A DNA stretch of 64,000 nt, from contig JAQGDQ010000117.1 in the NCBI GenBank assembly GCA_030141605.1, positions 372,001 through 436,000 on the forward strand. Direction: 5' to 3'. The stretch comes from Tubiluchus corallicola (taxonomy: Eukaryota; Animalia; Priapulida). The notes beneath the pieces are model-generated. The model searched no databases and was not told where the DNA came from. It saw nothing but the letters and a program-made list of their open reading frames with translations. Of the stretch, positions 1 to 14,234 are shown one piece after another. Position 1 is the first letter of the stretch. The number at the start of each line of letters is the position of its first letter. A program made the position numbers and the translations under genes.

Positions 1-2022
1 GATAATTTGAAAATATTAAAACACTCATAAACAAAATGCATCAGATTCTGTTGGCTGTATATTAGTAAAGTGCAAATTGCATGAAGTCCTCTAAATGTTT
101 ATTTTTACACACCGTGACACAGTATGTGTTCTTCATCCTGAACGTCCGTTCTACAAACACAAAGGCACTATTACATACCGTCATTAATACCCAGCTCAAG
201 CCATGGATATAATATACGTACGAATTATGTGGCTTATACTTGCTTTAAATGCCAGTCTGCTTTAATTAAACTTTAAATTACTTTATGCTACTAGTATTAT
301 GGAAGTGATAAATACAGTTGTTTTCTGCTCTTACCGAAATTTTAATCAATTCCAAGACGTGGATTTCAAACTTGGTTTTCTTGCTATTGGTACTAGGAAG
401 TCACTTGCCAAATAGATAATTATGATTGTCACACAGAGGAATCCCGTAGCACAAGAGGATCTACTGTTACTGTATTATTTATGAATGTCCAAACGGCTTC
501 GCTTCGAGTATTATAATAACGTTGTTAGGCTGCAAATGAGTCCTCGCTCGCGCCGCAAATAATCACGAAGCAAGAGAACTAGTGTTATTATTATACTTTA
601 GCCCATTTAGGCATGCTGTTTTGTTGCACCGTCAGACATTACAGTAAACCGAACTTATTACCAGCCAGAAATTTCTGAACTAGTTTAAAACAAAACTGTA
701 TAATATCATTAAGTCTATTACAAAGTTTCGTTTATTAAAATAATAGACAAAAATTATGCTATAACAACAACTTAACAACGTGTACAAGAATGACACCCAT
801 AAATTTAAATGCAACACGTGCACAGGAAGAGATTGCAAAAAATCAGCAATGGGAGCCATGTTGTGCAACTACAATATAAAAAGTACACTTAAGTGTATGG
901 CAGGCAGAAACAGTCCTTGAGCGATACACTTTCGAAATATTGTTAGATATGCAGGCTAGCAATTTCTCTCTCTGCGCATGCGTGTCATTTAAATCTATAA
1001 TGATACCTTGAACATGGCAAGCAAATTTTCAAACAATGAGCAGAAAAAACTGATAGGCACATATTTCATATACCTAAAATAAACTATAAACTTCTATTGC
1101 TCACTTCTATTAAAAAACCTATATGTATTTTGAAAATATATAAATATGTAGTAAAAAAACTGAGTTATGATTGCGACGTACTTATTAATATAATATTAAT
1201 GTCATTAATGCCCTTCAAGCAAGTTTGCAAACTTAATAATCTGCGAAGCATGATTCTAGCTTCAGAACCTTTTCCAATCAAATTTGGCAAAAGTGAGTAG
1301 CTAAACATACCAAACATCAAAAACAAAACTAGTGAGTGATTTTTCTTTTTAGCAACCTTACAGATATTATATATAACACAAGACAATAAAAATATTATTA
1401 AATAATAAAGGCTTAATAAGACACCTTTTGGGCATGTACAATCACTCAACTGCATGTATTTTTTACATATAAAGCACAGGCTGTAATACACAGTACATAT
1501 GATGCAACAGTGGAAACACACCAAATACAGAATTTTACAAAGATAAAATGGTAACTAAATGCATTTTGCCCATGTCAATTAGAGGCAATGTAAAATAGTA
1601 ACAGTAAACAAAGACAAAAAACACAAGCTCATAACTACTAATAAAAACTAGTTAAATCTGTAAGTTAAAGCGAAAAGCCACTTTTTCACTACAATTATAT
1701 GCTGAATATGCTTGAGCAGAACGTGACTAGAGCAAAAACTAAAAAAAGCACTTATTTTCACACAGACTGTATGAATAATATCTTTGGAAACAACATTCCA
1801 GTTGGTTGCAGATTAACACAATACTAGTTTTACTACAGTTGGTTTAATTTAGTGACTAAAATATATATAATATGGTGCCACAACATTACAGATAGAGGCT
1901 AACAAACTTAAAGGAGAGGTAGACCAATACATTGTAAACTTAAAAAGATCCACACACAAAATCCAATTGCATATGTCATGTAACCAAAATCGGTCAGATG
2001 AAAATTTGTTTAAGATATAAAT

Positions 2023-2052
2023 GTTATTATTATTATTATTATTATTATTTAT
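2023..2052. repeat. (TTA)n microsatellite
   Basis: Direct run of tta triplets; may be a retroelement 3' tail. Confidence 0.85.
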
Positions 2053-2946
2053 TAAACACTTTAGCAGGTTAGAGAGCAAATGAAGTAAACATGTGAAATA
2101 GTATAAAAAGCTTTATATGAAATTTCATTTAAGCATTTCATTTTTCTTTGACTAAACAAGCAAATGATATGTAATGTCACTTGAATTATCTATTTAATTG
2201 TATTCAAATATGCAAAGTCTCATATTTAATGTGCCATAAATAATAATAATAATAAATAATAATGAAAACAGAAAATCTTTTCAATTATGCATTTTTATCT
2301 GTTCTGTATGTTTATCACTTACAGTGCTTTTACCTAATTTTAAATTGTAGCAATAATGTTTTGATAGCCTTAGCATTGTAACAGCGCCAATGATATTTTT
2401 ATATTTTAAAGTGCTCATAAATAAAATTGCTATCATTAATATTAATTGCAAAAAAATAAATGAATAAAGTTTTACACAAAACTGTAAATATTACCTTGAC
2501 TCCATATTCATAACGCTACAAAATAAAAAATAAAAACTGGCACACAAGTGATTTGTAGGAGCTGATATTTATGAAGCAATTGACCATAAATCATCAAGGG
2601 TACCACCCTCATCCAACTTTTGATGGGGATTATTTGGGAATGTGAGTTGAGCATGACATACTATGTTTTTCGACAAAAGCTGAAACTGTAACTTGTACAA
2701 AAATATTAACCTTGCAACAACTTATTGATCTCCCTGTCAGTTTTTGCAGTCAGTCTGATGACAAACGTAATTCTGTCACAACCTTACTGAGCAATAATGA
2801 AATGTTAAACATAAAGGTTCTCTTTTACGTGCATTTTCAAAAGTGTGCAATTGTGTCAAAATGTATAATCACAGAATACTGTGAAAGTGTTGTTACCCAC
2901 AAAAAAATTAAGCATGCCGGTGCGCACAATTGATCAACTCTTAGTG

Positions 2947-5900
2947 TTACACCTTCTTCCTGTGTTTGTTCCTCTTTTCAAACCAAGATTTCAGGAACCG
3001 AGGTCTGGGCAGTGGCCACTCGTACTCGTTCGGGACGATGTCCTGCACATTGCTCTCAAAGTAGGAGAACATCGGAAACCAGATGCGCATTCTGTATGCA
3101 TCACGTGATGTCAGAACTCGGTTATTGGCTAGTGTGTGGTAATACAGAAACAATCTGAAAAAGTGCACAAATTTATTGATAGTATACTTTTACCAGGACT
3201 GGATGTAGTTCTCAATATTAGTTTTGTTTATGGTTGCATAAAATTTGAAAACTGTTTGTATATAAAACAGGCATCAAAAACAGCAGGTTGATGAATTAGC
3301 ACAGACTGACTAATGACTATGCTGTGGTTCTAAATTTATTTGCAATACAGCATACAGCGAATAAAACTTGCTTATATGGATGAACAGAATTTTACTCAAA
3401 AATTTAGGGCAGGCAAAGAATGTAGAGTTAAAGTTTCTATGATTACATGGCTTCAACTGAGACCAGATGTTGCAGTATGTAAAAAAGCATTCAACCCGAC
3501 TTCAATATTTTGGAGAACTGATTATTTTACACAGCTGGTGATGTGGCTTAAAAGGCTCTCATATCTTTGCAGTTCAGTAGAAATTAGTGACGCAGGGGTG
3601 AATACACCCGCAGTTGGTGCCTGCTGGAACTTGGAGACTTTTATCCATTACTCAATAATATATTTTGTATGAAGGACATTAGCATTTCAATAAACAAGAA
3701 AATACTTGCACCTTGTGGAAATGTATAATGCGATAAAAATGTCAATAGAATAATGCTCATGCGCTGCTAAAATGAAAAATATTCCAAAGAGGTTCAACAC
3801 CCAAGTGAAAGTGTGCAAAGTGTTCATTGATCTTGGTGTGTCTGAAAGAAAATTAAAAGCACATGATAGTTACCTACCACACAGTTAAGACACACTATAC
3901 ATAGAACATGGCTGTTCTACTAATTAATGTAAGTCTCGAAAAACAAAATCCCACTTAATAATGTATCAGCTTGTCTGGTAATGTACAGAATGTTAAGCAA
4001 GGCACTGTAGGTAGCCCTACTAGGCATTACTGTAAGGTAAAGCAGCTTCATTCTGTTGTTTTTCTTGCTTGGGCCTTTATGCACCTTTAATTTCATTTAA
4101 AGGCCCAGCATGAAAACTGCTCTTTTTTTCAGAAGTTTGTGGGAGAGACATCGGCCTGGTTTTAAATTTATTGTTGATTAGAATTCAAACAAATGCGTGG
4201 AAATACATATATAGTCTAATTTGTTGTTTTTATAGAAAAACATGCATAACGCTTACATCTACGAGTTGTTAATTAAAATGATTTGCTGTTATTTAAACAT
4301 GTAATTTAGTTCAATTCATGACTTTGTAAGAAAAATCGCACAACTACTTGATTAAAAGAGTGGTCACCCAAAATATAATTTATTGTAACTTACATGATTT
4401 AGCGCATTAACATTTGTATTTTTTAGCACAGCACTAACATTGAATAGAACTCAGAAGGACAACCAATCATATATAATTAATCACTTTATCACATAGTTAA
4501 TGCAATAAGCACAATGCACTAATGTTAAATATAGGACGCGCAAATCATCAACACATAACTATTAAACTGTTAAAAAGGAAAAAAATAACCTAACGAGTTA
4601 GGCGGATCATATGATGTTTGCTTATAGGAATAGCAAGCGTCAAATGGTCACCTGTACAGAGGTGACGATGAAATTTATAACTTCAGAATGAAGCCCGTAA
4701 AAATAATTCAAGGTTAACCTAATCTAAAATTACAGCCTGAACGACTCTAGGAAGATTTGCAAAAGTTGTAGGAACCGGAATAAACTAGTTTGCAATACTG
4801 TAAATGAAAAGTCTAGCAGGAGAGTTGAACTCAATCTGTGACCCCCATTTACGTTCAAATTTTGCACCAGAGACATCAAAACAAGGGAAACAACATTCTT
4901 CTGTTGCTATTTGAATATTCTAAATAATGTTTTTAAGTACAGATAATGTCATCTGCAAATCAAAAACCAATAGGGTAATTTATGAACTTGACTTTCAAGT
5001 CCATCAATCAGAGTGACACTTAATATGGCACAGTTAGAGAACAAACTAATTTGCTCAAGTTATTCGATAAAACTCAGCAAGTGACATTTAACGCTGATAT
5101 CTGAATTAATTGAAATTATAACATGTTTTTCTGATTTTTCTAATAAACACTATAACACTACTTAACTTAGAAGCTTCTTAATTTTGGCTAGTTAAAATAA
5201 AAATGCTGCATGTGTGACCTTCAGTTTTCTAATATGATTGGTATTACTGCATCTGGACACCAGAAAATGCTTAAACAGCGTAAATGTAAATGAAGACACG
5301 GTGATCTCAATAATAATAAAAATGACAGCAATGGCTGTATATATATATATATATGTATGTATGTATGTATGTATATATTATTTATAAACTTACATTCAGT
5401 GATAAAGAAATTTGTTAGAGTTAGTACACAAGTGTGCCCACTGAACATGTAATCTCCGCAAGACCTAACTCCTTGCATGGCCATGCCTGCTCCACTCCAT
5501 ATCTGTAAAGCTCTTGTTATCTGAAGCCATGGATCTCCAAATGTCTAGCAAGAAACAACACAAGAAAATTTTCAATTATATATTCAACGAAATTAATGTA
5601 TATGGAAGAAAGGTTTTTGTATTCTCAGTCAGGTCTAAAGCACATTAATGCCACATCTCCCTTTGTAAGACCACCAAAGCGTATTGTCTAACTGCCCAAA
5701 TATTTGCTTAGTTGTCAGCCAGAGTAATATACGACCTTCAGTTAGAGATAATAAAATAATCAAGTTTAGCGGTAATTTATCTCAAAACGTTTGCACCTCA
5801 CCTGTGAGTACCGAAAATCCAATTAGGGAGATTTCCTAATGCCTTAACTTTTTAATGCTCCGAAGCTGACAGGATGGTGGCAAGTCGACGAACTCAAATT

Positions 5901-8900
5901 TTGTAGTTTATTCTTCACATACCTTTGGTGCGCAATCTAAGTGCTGTCCAGGGACTGACAAAGATGTAATTAACATAGAAATGCAACGAAGAAGAAAAAC
6001 TGTTCCACTGAGAGAAAAAATTCGTCTCATCACAATAGACCTGCAGAATACAAAAACTCATGATTCAAAAATTCCTTTTAGTATTTTATTTTTCATATTT
6101 CACTGGGATAACTAACTGTTTTTATTTGTTATTGCATGAGTGACACTAGCAAGATTAAACTTAAAATTGCAGTGCATGAAATAAAACTGCTCTTAGCATT
6201 AGTCTGACATTTCACAGATACAATGCAAAGGCTAAAAAATTAAAACTGTGCACAGGACTAAGATTACTTAACAAACAGTTTGTTATATATCAGGTTGCAC
6301 AGAAAAATGTGCCAAAGTTTAGACTACAATAATATTAGAAGCAAGTGCCCTATAAAGTTGGAATTTCACTGCATGACGCTACAATACATTTGAGTTTGGT
6401 TGCAAAAGTCACATGTTTACAGCTTTGGCAGTTAAGTTATGGTCGAAAAGCCTTTGACATTAAAAATTCAAATGCCAGAACATTGTCAGGCTTTTGTCAG
6501 CCAACCAAAGCCATGTTGATGTATAAATCACTTACTACATGCCAGTAAAATAAAAAAATCAAATCAACCAGGTTACATCATAATCTTCACCAGAAAGACT
6601 GATAAACATTTGTTAAAAAAAAAGTGAGGCTTGCTCCTCTGGACTACAGTATCTGAAATACCATAAAGAGAAAGTGTAGGACTACACAGAGCCGTTTGAT
6701 GCAGAGGAACCAAAACGAAAAGCGGTTGAGTGCTGGGACCAAATACCCCTTAAAAAGTCAGGAAAACTATATCAGCTGCTAGAAGGAATGTCTAGTTTGC
6801 AGTGAAAATGACGGATATGTAGAGCACTTGTTTTTTTTCTAATTTTTCAGCTTGAAGGCTACAAATCAAGCATACCGATGTCTGTGAAAGAAAAGTGTTC
6901 CAATAAGCATGAGCATCATTATCACAGCAATATATTCGCATACATCGAAAGCCCAAGGAATGGTTGGAAAATTGTCTAAGAAAATGTCTGGAAGAGGTGG
7001 ATATTTCGCCACATCTGGAACTCTGTCATGCACAACAACCTGGAAAAATTTATGAAGTTTTTTTAGTAAAAGACATCAGGAAAAATGTAGCTGGGCAAGC
7101 CAAATACAATTCCCACAAGTATCAACTATAACCTTAAAAATTATTAGTGTGACACTTTTTTGAATTCTTTTCACTATTTGCAAGCTGTGCAGACTAAAAA
7201 AAGCCTAATTCAACATCACTATATCATCAACAGTCACTGTAATTACGAAATGGGAATAATCTTGGATATAAAAATTAAAATGTAAAAAGCTAGGCTTGAG
7301 CATCTAGTACTTGAAATCTTCCCACAAAAAAGGAGATTAGCATTTACTTCACAAATGATAGTTGTTTAGTCAAACTTTGATTACAGCATCTTCTACAGCT
7401 GTTTGACGGAAATTCTCTGTAACTATTGTCAAGCATGACTTCGAAGAGATGCAGATGAAGAATATCTGCCCAAACCAACCAGAAAACATTTGTCATAGCA
7501 TTTAACTTGAAGACTGCCATAACTTTCCAGTTATTAATTTGCTCCTAAGAGATGATGCTGGGCCAAACAGTATCTCTAAAATTGTACGGTATCAATTCCA
7601 TAGCTTAAAAATGCTGTCTGACAGATTCAATCTTTCTAGTGCAGAATTTTATATACCAAAAACACATAGAATTGATGACATCTAACAACTTGGATTAAAT
7701 CAATTTTATAGTAAAGCACGCACCATCACGCTGGAGGTAATGAGCGTTGCAACCATCATGTAAACACCAGCAATCACAGTCTTCCGATACTCGGGTGGAA
7801 AACGGTACTTGTCAGTTTTTGCTTCATATGGAAAATCTAGAAATTCCATGGAATCTGTACTGTCATGACGCATATCTTTGGACCGGCTACATCTAAAAAG
7901 TACATCAATGACTATAGCACATGCAGCTACGCATCGCATAAATTTAAATATAACAGAAAACTGATTACATCAATTGAATTTTAAATTTGCAAATGTAAAC
8001 GGCTTAAACTCCAAACTAATAGCCTTAAACATACATGCTTATTGCAGATTTTCTTAAGATAATTTCTTTACCAAACTTTCTGCATTGCAAACAAATCTTA
8101 TACAGCACTTGCTATTTAATTTTGAAATTTTAACTAAAAGTGGGATAAAAACATTTTACGATTTTTAGTTCATCAGAAATTTGAAAGCAAAGTCACAATC
8201 TTTGCTTTAGGTAACAACGCATATACTAGTTATGTCGAAAGCCAACTTATCAATTAATGCATAAAGGCAAAAATACAAATTTAAGAAATGTGATATTTTA
8301 GCTTTTTATGCAAACATATTTTTATTAATATAATAATAATGATAATAATAATAATAATAATAAATCTTTATTCAAAAAACAGAAACGTATTACAAATAGG
8401 TGCCTCTTTTTGCAGGCTCAGATAAGCAATTTACATTTTCATATATCAAAACTTCTAAATATTTCTAGTTCAACCCCATGTACGACAGATAAAATATATA
8501 CCTAGATTAGATACAATTTCAAATGATTCACAATTATTGTAAATGTAAATTAATTTTATAAACACACATAATTAGTTTTTGTATACTCGAGCATTTCTAA
8601 ATTAACAATTAATTTGTATAAAACTATCTCTGGTCAGGTTTATAAAAGACATTATTAGATCTTTATCAGTTTGAAATATGATATTACATGCATAACTGAC
8701 ATCATTTATTTATATAAAATGCATTCTTTTTGTATTATCTACTTTACTACATCTGAATGAAATGTAGACAAAGGCAAATCTGCATGAGCATTTTCTAAAA
8801 AGTGAATCTACTCGAATGTTACTCATTTATTGATGGTAAATTACAGTAGGTCTAATAAATCCAAAATAGAGGAAAGGCTTACTTGTGGTAGTGTTCATGG

Positions 8901-9825
8901 ACATGATGTTGAGAAGGGAGGCCTCCTGGACTATCACCGCTGTCAATGTCATAACCCAAAAGTTTCATCACATCAGGATTACTAGATTGCAGCTTTCTGT
9001 GTAGAAGATAATTTCATATTTTACAACTTTATCTATTCAGGAATAATATAATCTATTAATATTTTGTTCAAAGGGAATGTCTGAGAATTTTACATGGAAT
9101 GTAAACACTTCCTGCGTGCTAGTTAATAGAATGATGTTATAATTATTATGCTACCTTGTATATTATTAAAAGATAACAGTGCCTGTATGTCTGCTGAAAT
9201 GGGAAGGAACTAATAAAGCTTCTCAAATTTTATATCCCTTTCTACAGATGAGTATCTGCTAAATGAGAAAAATTTGTTATTATTCACAGTCACTGAATGT
9301 AGCATCAGCATGTTTGGTGAACACAAATCAGAACAATTAAATATAAACTTGGGTCCAAACCAAAAAAAAAACATTGCCAAGATTTGGGTTTCTAAACTGA
9401 CACATGTACAACTGTAACATCTGCAAAAAACAAGTTCTTGCTGTGCACGATTATCAGCAGTCTTAACAAAAACAAAATCACCAACGACGTGACAAACAAA
9501 TGCACTGCTAGCATTTATCTAGGAAATGTGTCAAAAAATCTGCAAAAAATAATGACACGCAAAAGAGCACTGTTAATAAAGTCAACCTTATCACAACTGC
9601 AAAACGTTTTTTATCTCCTATTTTGGAAAAATGGGCTTCCAATGGTGGAATTTGCAAATCGTGTTCTGTAAGAGTCAATAACGCTGTCCCATCCACTTCG
9701 TGCTGATCGCATAATAAATCAACATATTTCTCAAAACCGTTCGAGTAAAGAAACTTTCTAACATCATCTGTTGACCATTGGTCCACTCTTTTTTCGAGCA
9801 ATAGGCTATCTGGAGTCTCCGACAT
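2947..9825 (-). CDS. SAMD8: Sphingomyelin synthase-related protein 1 (SMSr): N-terminal SAM domain plus SMS/PAP2-like catalytic domain, 430 aa, 8 coding exons
   Basis: Exons (minus): 9825-9587, 8996-8883, 7892-7724, 7039-6876, 6040-5923, 5544-5394, 3841-3712, 3154-2947. All introns are GT-AG and phases are consistent (1293 nt). SAM-like start ([13 protein letters not shown]...[16 protein letters not shown]) and SMS motifs [55 protein letters not shown]. The Glu in HEH is the residue associated with ceramide phosphoethanolamine synthase activity. Confidence 0.95.
5338..5378. repeat. (TA)n/(TATG)n microsatellite in a SAMD8 intron
   Basis: tatatatatatatatgtatgtatgtatgtatgtatatat. Confidence 0.85.
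8327..8362. repeat. (AAT)n microsatellite, probable LINE 3' tail on the minus strand
   Basis: Run of aat triplets next to tttatt (AATAAA on the minus strand). Confidence 0.75.
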
Positions 9826-10039
9826 TTTAACTTGTTCAAGTGATTAGTAGTCAAACCCGACAACCAACGAAAACCTGAAAGAAACATAAGCGTGGAAACT
9901 GAGTGAAACGACAAAGTTACATAGACACATGCAAACAAGAAGAGGTTAAAGATATTTTAAAAATAAGGCTGAACCCGATAAAAGTTAAAGGAAACTACAA
10001 GAATGAGTTGAAGAACCAATTATTATGCTCAGCGTGTTT

Positions 10040-10960
10040 ACTAACATGCAAACATGAGTTTTTGCTGATGACACTAACCTCTTCTTGGCAGACAACAACA
10101 CACATAATCTGGAACTTAGAAGTAACGACGAGTTGATAAAAATTAACACATGGATGCATACGAATAAGTTAACAGTAAATTATAATAAAACTAAATTTAT
10201 GATCATAAGAAATAAGTTTGTAAACACCAAAAACTGAAATATAACAGTAATCATGCAAGACTATTTATAAGAACAAGTATCAAACATACTGTATCTGGGA
10301 GTTTACATAGATAACTGGCCTTAATTGGCCAACATACTTAAAAAATATTACCTATAAAGTACGGCTTAGTATGCAAAGCCACAGGTATATTTTTGAAATT
10401 GAGGTATTACTTGAGCACGGATATCCTAAAAATGATTAACTTTGCCATTGTGTACCCACACATTGACTATTGTATCTTGTCATGTGCACAGCAAAAAAAT
10501 CTATTCTGAAACCACTTATAGCAGCACATAACAAAATTATAAAAACAATGACTTTGCTGGATTCCGAGATCACGCTACCCTTCTTATTATGTTTTGCAAT
10601 TATTAAAAATAAACGAAATTTATAAGCTTGAGCTTGTAAAATTCATGCGTAATTATAAAAAGGGCATTCTACCTAAATTATATAACAATTACTTCAGAAA
10701 GATGTTCACCAATATTTTACCAGAGCAGCTGCCAAACAAAATTATTTCTAGGCAAGAGTTAACACAACAAAAGGTGTACAAACTTTAAAACATAATGGTA
10801 CAGTTTGTGGTACAGTGCCTTTAAAAATGATCATCACTAACCAAAGGGCAGCTGACTGGATGACCAAATTGGTCTTTCGCCACTCTTTCTTCGCAAAATG
10901 TTTTTTTTAAATTATTTTGTATTATAACTCTGTGTATATCGCAAGATAAATAAAAGATTA
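10040..10960 (+). mobile_element. Degenerate 5'-truncated non-LTR retrotransposon (CR1/L2 group), reverse transcriptase C-terminal part plus 3' UTR
   Basis: Translates to FADDTNLFLAD...ELIKINTWMHTNKLTVNYNKTKFMII, YLGVYID, ATGIFLKLRYYLSTDILKMINFAIVYPHIDYCILS and LLKINEIYKLELVKFM, with frameshifts and stops. Ends near AATAAA at about 10950. Confidence 0.88.
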
Positions 10961-11160
10961 TGTTGTTATATTACATGTAAGAAAGAAGATGATACTACTG
11001 AACATTTGCTGAACACTATATCAATATTCAAGCACCATCTGTTAATAGTTCTAAATCGCGTTTAAGAAGGGACTGTAACCGAGTTCAACTATAGGTCCCT
11101 ATGTCTTTGAAAGGTAAGAATGCAGTGGATATTGAGAATAGAAAGTAAAGATCAACTCAC

Positions 11161-11207
11161 ATATAAAACCGAACAGCGACAAAAAAGGATTGTTAGAAGT
11201 CAGAAAT
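11161..11207 (-). other. Putative non-coding 5' exon of SAMD8
   Basis: Strong donor (tat|gtgagt) at 11160 on the minus strand, which would pair with the acceptor at 9875 upstream of the SAMD8 ATG. The 5' boundary is uncertain. Confidence 0.35.
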
Positions 11208-11486
11208 CTAGTGAATGGATATATGGAATATAGGATAAAGACAAATAAACGTATTAAATTTAAATGGGAAAAATAAATAAGACACAGCGCTACGTTGAAA
11301 TAGACTCCACCTCATTACGGTGTCTGCCTTTGACAGGTGGAAAGAGTCGAGCATCGCAATCGCAAATGTTCTTACTTGGATTTTTTAACTCCAACGGTTC
11401 TTCCTCACCACATCATACATATAATCACTGGATATAATGTCTAACAGTTTTCTATAGAAACCATTATTTCTTCATCCATGTTGTTG

Positions 11487-12406
11487 GGAGCCGTTTGGAC
11501 CACTGCGCCAAGTAGACCACTTGATGCGCTAAAAGTAGTGTCCTACATGGGCAGCCCAAGTAGGACACTAGCGATTTTTGTCGAGAAACTTGCTCTGGCA
11601 AAACTTGTTTCCAGTTTATATTACCATTGTTTATAAGTATTGTTATGACATAATAAAGCATAAAACAAAATTTCTTTTAGAAATGGATATTCCTTGGCAA
11701 TTGACAAATGCATTTCTTACAATAATTTCATCATTATGATTAACTCCATTAATATATCATAACATTAAACCTAGTATCTAATGCTTTAAAGAGAGAAATT
11801 CTGCGCACAGTTATTACAGAAATAATTGCAAATTTAAAAATGAGACAGATGTTGCTAAGCCTTCACAACACCAAAAAGTAATTTTTAACATTTAAGAAAA
11901 GCAAGGATAATTAGTTTTAATATTATCAGTAGTATTGTAACATGTAGGGCACTGTCCTACATGGCTCGCTAGCCCATGTAGGACACATAGATCGCTAGAA
12001 CGTTTACTTATAAGAAAACAATTATTTGCCCAAGAGGTAGTGAAACGGATCACCTGTTTGTGAAGTGAGACAAAATCAAAAATGATATACCTTAAACAAA
12101 TGTTGAATTCGCAAAAAAGTGAGGTTTTTTCACTTCAACAACATTAATATCGAAACCAAATTTAATATTGTCCGTTCTACCAGCTCAGAATAAAATTCTT
12201 TTATTTTATTAGATGTATAATAAATTATTCAACGTGTATTAACGTTTTTAATTATTATTATTATATAAACAAGCACAACGGACGGTGTCAGTACACTTAA
12301 CGACTGAATTCACGACCTGTCTCTAGTGTCCTACTTGGGCTAGCCCAAGTAGACCGCGGTCTACTTGGCGCAGTGGTCCAAACGGCTCAGTGGTCCAAAC
12401 GGCTCC
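11487..12406. mobile_element. Non-autonomous DNA transposon (MITE) with ~32-bp terminal inverted repeats and internal palindromes
   Basis: gagccgtttggaccactgcgccaagtagacc at 11488 is the reverse complement of ggtctacttggcgcagtggtccaaacggctc ending at 12388. The last 17 nt are tandemly duplicated to 12406. Internal gtgtcctac...gtaggacac palindromes lie near 11537, 11951 and 12323. Confidence 0.85.
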
Positions 12407-12769
12407 GAACACATGTAACCAAGCACCAATAACCAAAATCTTCGTCTCGCTTTGTTACTCGCTAAGCTGGTGGTCTTTAAAGATTTCTACCTCGCTGTGT
12501 TTACTTTTCTCGCCAGAATTATCTGGATTTGCTTATAATTCGGTAGAAGTTGTCTTAAAAAATGAACCGCGGTTGTGGATTATGATAGGTAGTAAATTAC
12601 AAATTATTGTCAAGGTTTTAAGTGTCAAACGTGATTATATTCAATTCAGTTTTATTTGCACAAATACATACAATGTACATTGGCAAAGCAATACACATTA
12701 AATACTACATAACCCGTTAAATACTAGCGATTACTACATAATAGTGCCGCTAGTTAGTAGTTGGCATTG

Positions 12770-13090
12770 AGCGTTTGGTTTTGCTTTGGTTTTGACAAAT
12801 TCTTGTACTTTCAGTTGAGTTGCGTTTGCTTTATAAAATTTTCGCTTTGAGTTTCATTTTGTTAGATATAAGTTTTTGTTATAAGTTAAATTCCGTTTTG
12901 CATTGCTTGTGAAAACTTCCTTTTATTCTGAGTGGAATTGCATTTTTGCTTTGAGTAGATTTTTGTTGCTTTGTTTGATGTTATTTTTTGCTCTACATTG
13001 AATTTCATTAATTTTTTGCTTGATGTTATTCCTTGTTATGCTTTGAATTACTTTTCTGCTTTGAGTTGATTTTTGTTGCTTTTGCCTTTT
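12770..13090. repeat. Degenerate T-rich tandem repeat (ttttgctttgagtt-like units)
   Basis: Recurring tttgcttt / gctttgagt units across about 320 bp. Confidence 0.6.
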
Positions 13091-13149
13091 ATACATACAC
13101 AAACACCGAAAAAATGTCACCACCCTGTGAATAAACTTGTATTTTTAAT

Positions 13150-13267
13150 AAGGGGCAGCTGACCAAGTGACCAATAGGTCTTTTGCTGCTCCTTCTCAGC
13201 TGCAATGAAATGTAAAAATAATTATGACGAATTTTAACTGCTATTGAGAAAATAAAATTGAATTGAG
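13150..13267 (+). mobile_element. LINE 3'-end fragment related to the element at 10040-10960
   Basis: gggcagctgac...tgaccaa...ggtcttt matches 10845-10877; followed by AATAAA and an attga-repeat tail. Confidence 0.55.
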
Positions 13268-14120
13268 CTTGCCACTCTCATTGTTCTTTTAAATTTACTG
13301 ATGTTCTCTGAAGCTAGTATTACTATTACTCTTAGTATTACACTACTTGGGAGACTATTCCATTAATTAATTATCCTGCCACTAAAAATGTTTCGGACAT
13401 GACTTTTCAACTTCACTCACCTTCGCTGAGTAGTGCTTCTTATATTAGCTATCTATTTCTCCATTCATTTCTGTTCATAGCCCACTGTTGAACAAAAGAA
13501 AACAATTTGTGAACTTTCCCTACTGGCCAATGCGCTGCATTGCAGTACACAAAGAAGTCAAGCAAGTGCAGAAAGGTCCCACATAGTGTTTACAGGCACC
13601 ACACAAACTTTACAAATGCTTTTCTTGTGCTGCAGTGGGTTATGATTAGAGATGTACCGCCTAGCTGTGTACTACCTCTCAACACCATGTGCCTTCTCAG
13701 TGTGTACTGCCTTACAATGTACCGCCTTTTGATATGTGGCCCTGGACTACATGGGAGGTACTACATGACACCAAAGAACATGGCGAGGCAGTACACATCG
13801 ACGGGATGCAACATGAGCCTGAACCATCATTTGTGATTGGCCAGTATTGGAATAAGGAGGTAGTACATGGAGACGTTGAGTGAACGTGACCGTCCCGTGT
13901 AGTATGTGATTTCGAAGATGGAATTTGAAGATTGCCCATTATCATAAGGCAGAAAATTTATAATTGAGTAACTTTATGAGCTGCTGTACTATGAATTCTA
14001 TGAAATATGTGAGTATTATGTGCTTGTAGCTACTCAATAATATAATTAATGCTAATATTGGAATAAAGATGCATTTGTGTTACACATACCATTATCTCAG
14101 CAAAGCAGGAAGGCGAGAGC

Positions 14121-14234
14121 AGGGCTGGAAAATCTTCGCAGAGTGACGGATGTCGTCTGTGAGACACTTCTTCGCTCAGGGCTGGAAAATCTTCGCAGAG
14201 TGACTGATGTCGTCTGTGAGACACTTCTTCGCTC
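14121..14234. repeat. 57-bp direct tandem duplication (2 copies, 1 mismatch)
   Basis: agggctggaaaatcttcgcagagtgac[g/t]gatgtcgtctgtgagacacttcttcgctc at 14121-14177 and 14178-14234. Confidence 0.95.

Noticed and set aside
335-392. Isolated minus-strand exon-like segment (cttcctag|...|gtaaga)
   Set aside because: Good splice signals but only 58 nt and no recognisable peptide; it may belong to a gene beyond the window edge and cannot be supported here.
14121-14234. CRISPR-like or coding repeat
   Set aside because: Two adjacent 57-bp copies with no spacer in eukaryotic DNA; a simple tandem duplication. The overlapping ORFs have no recognisable product.
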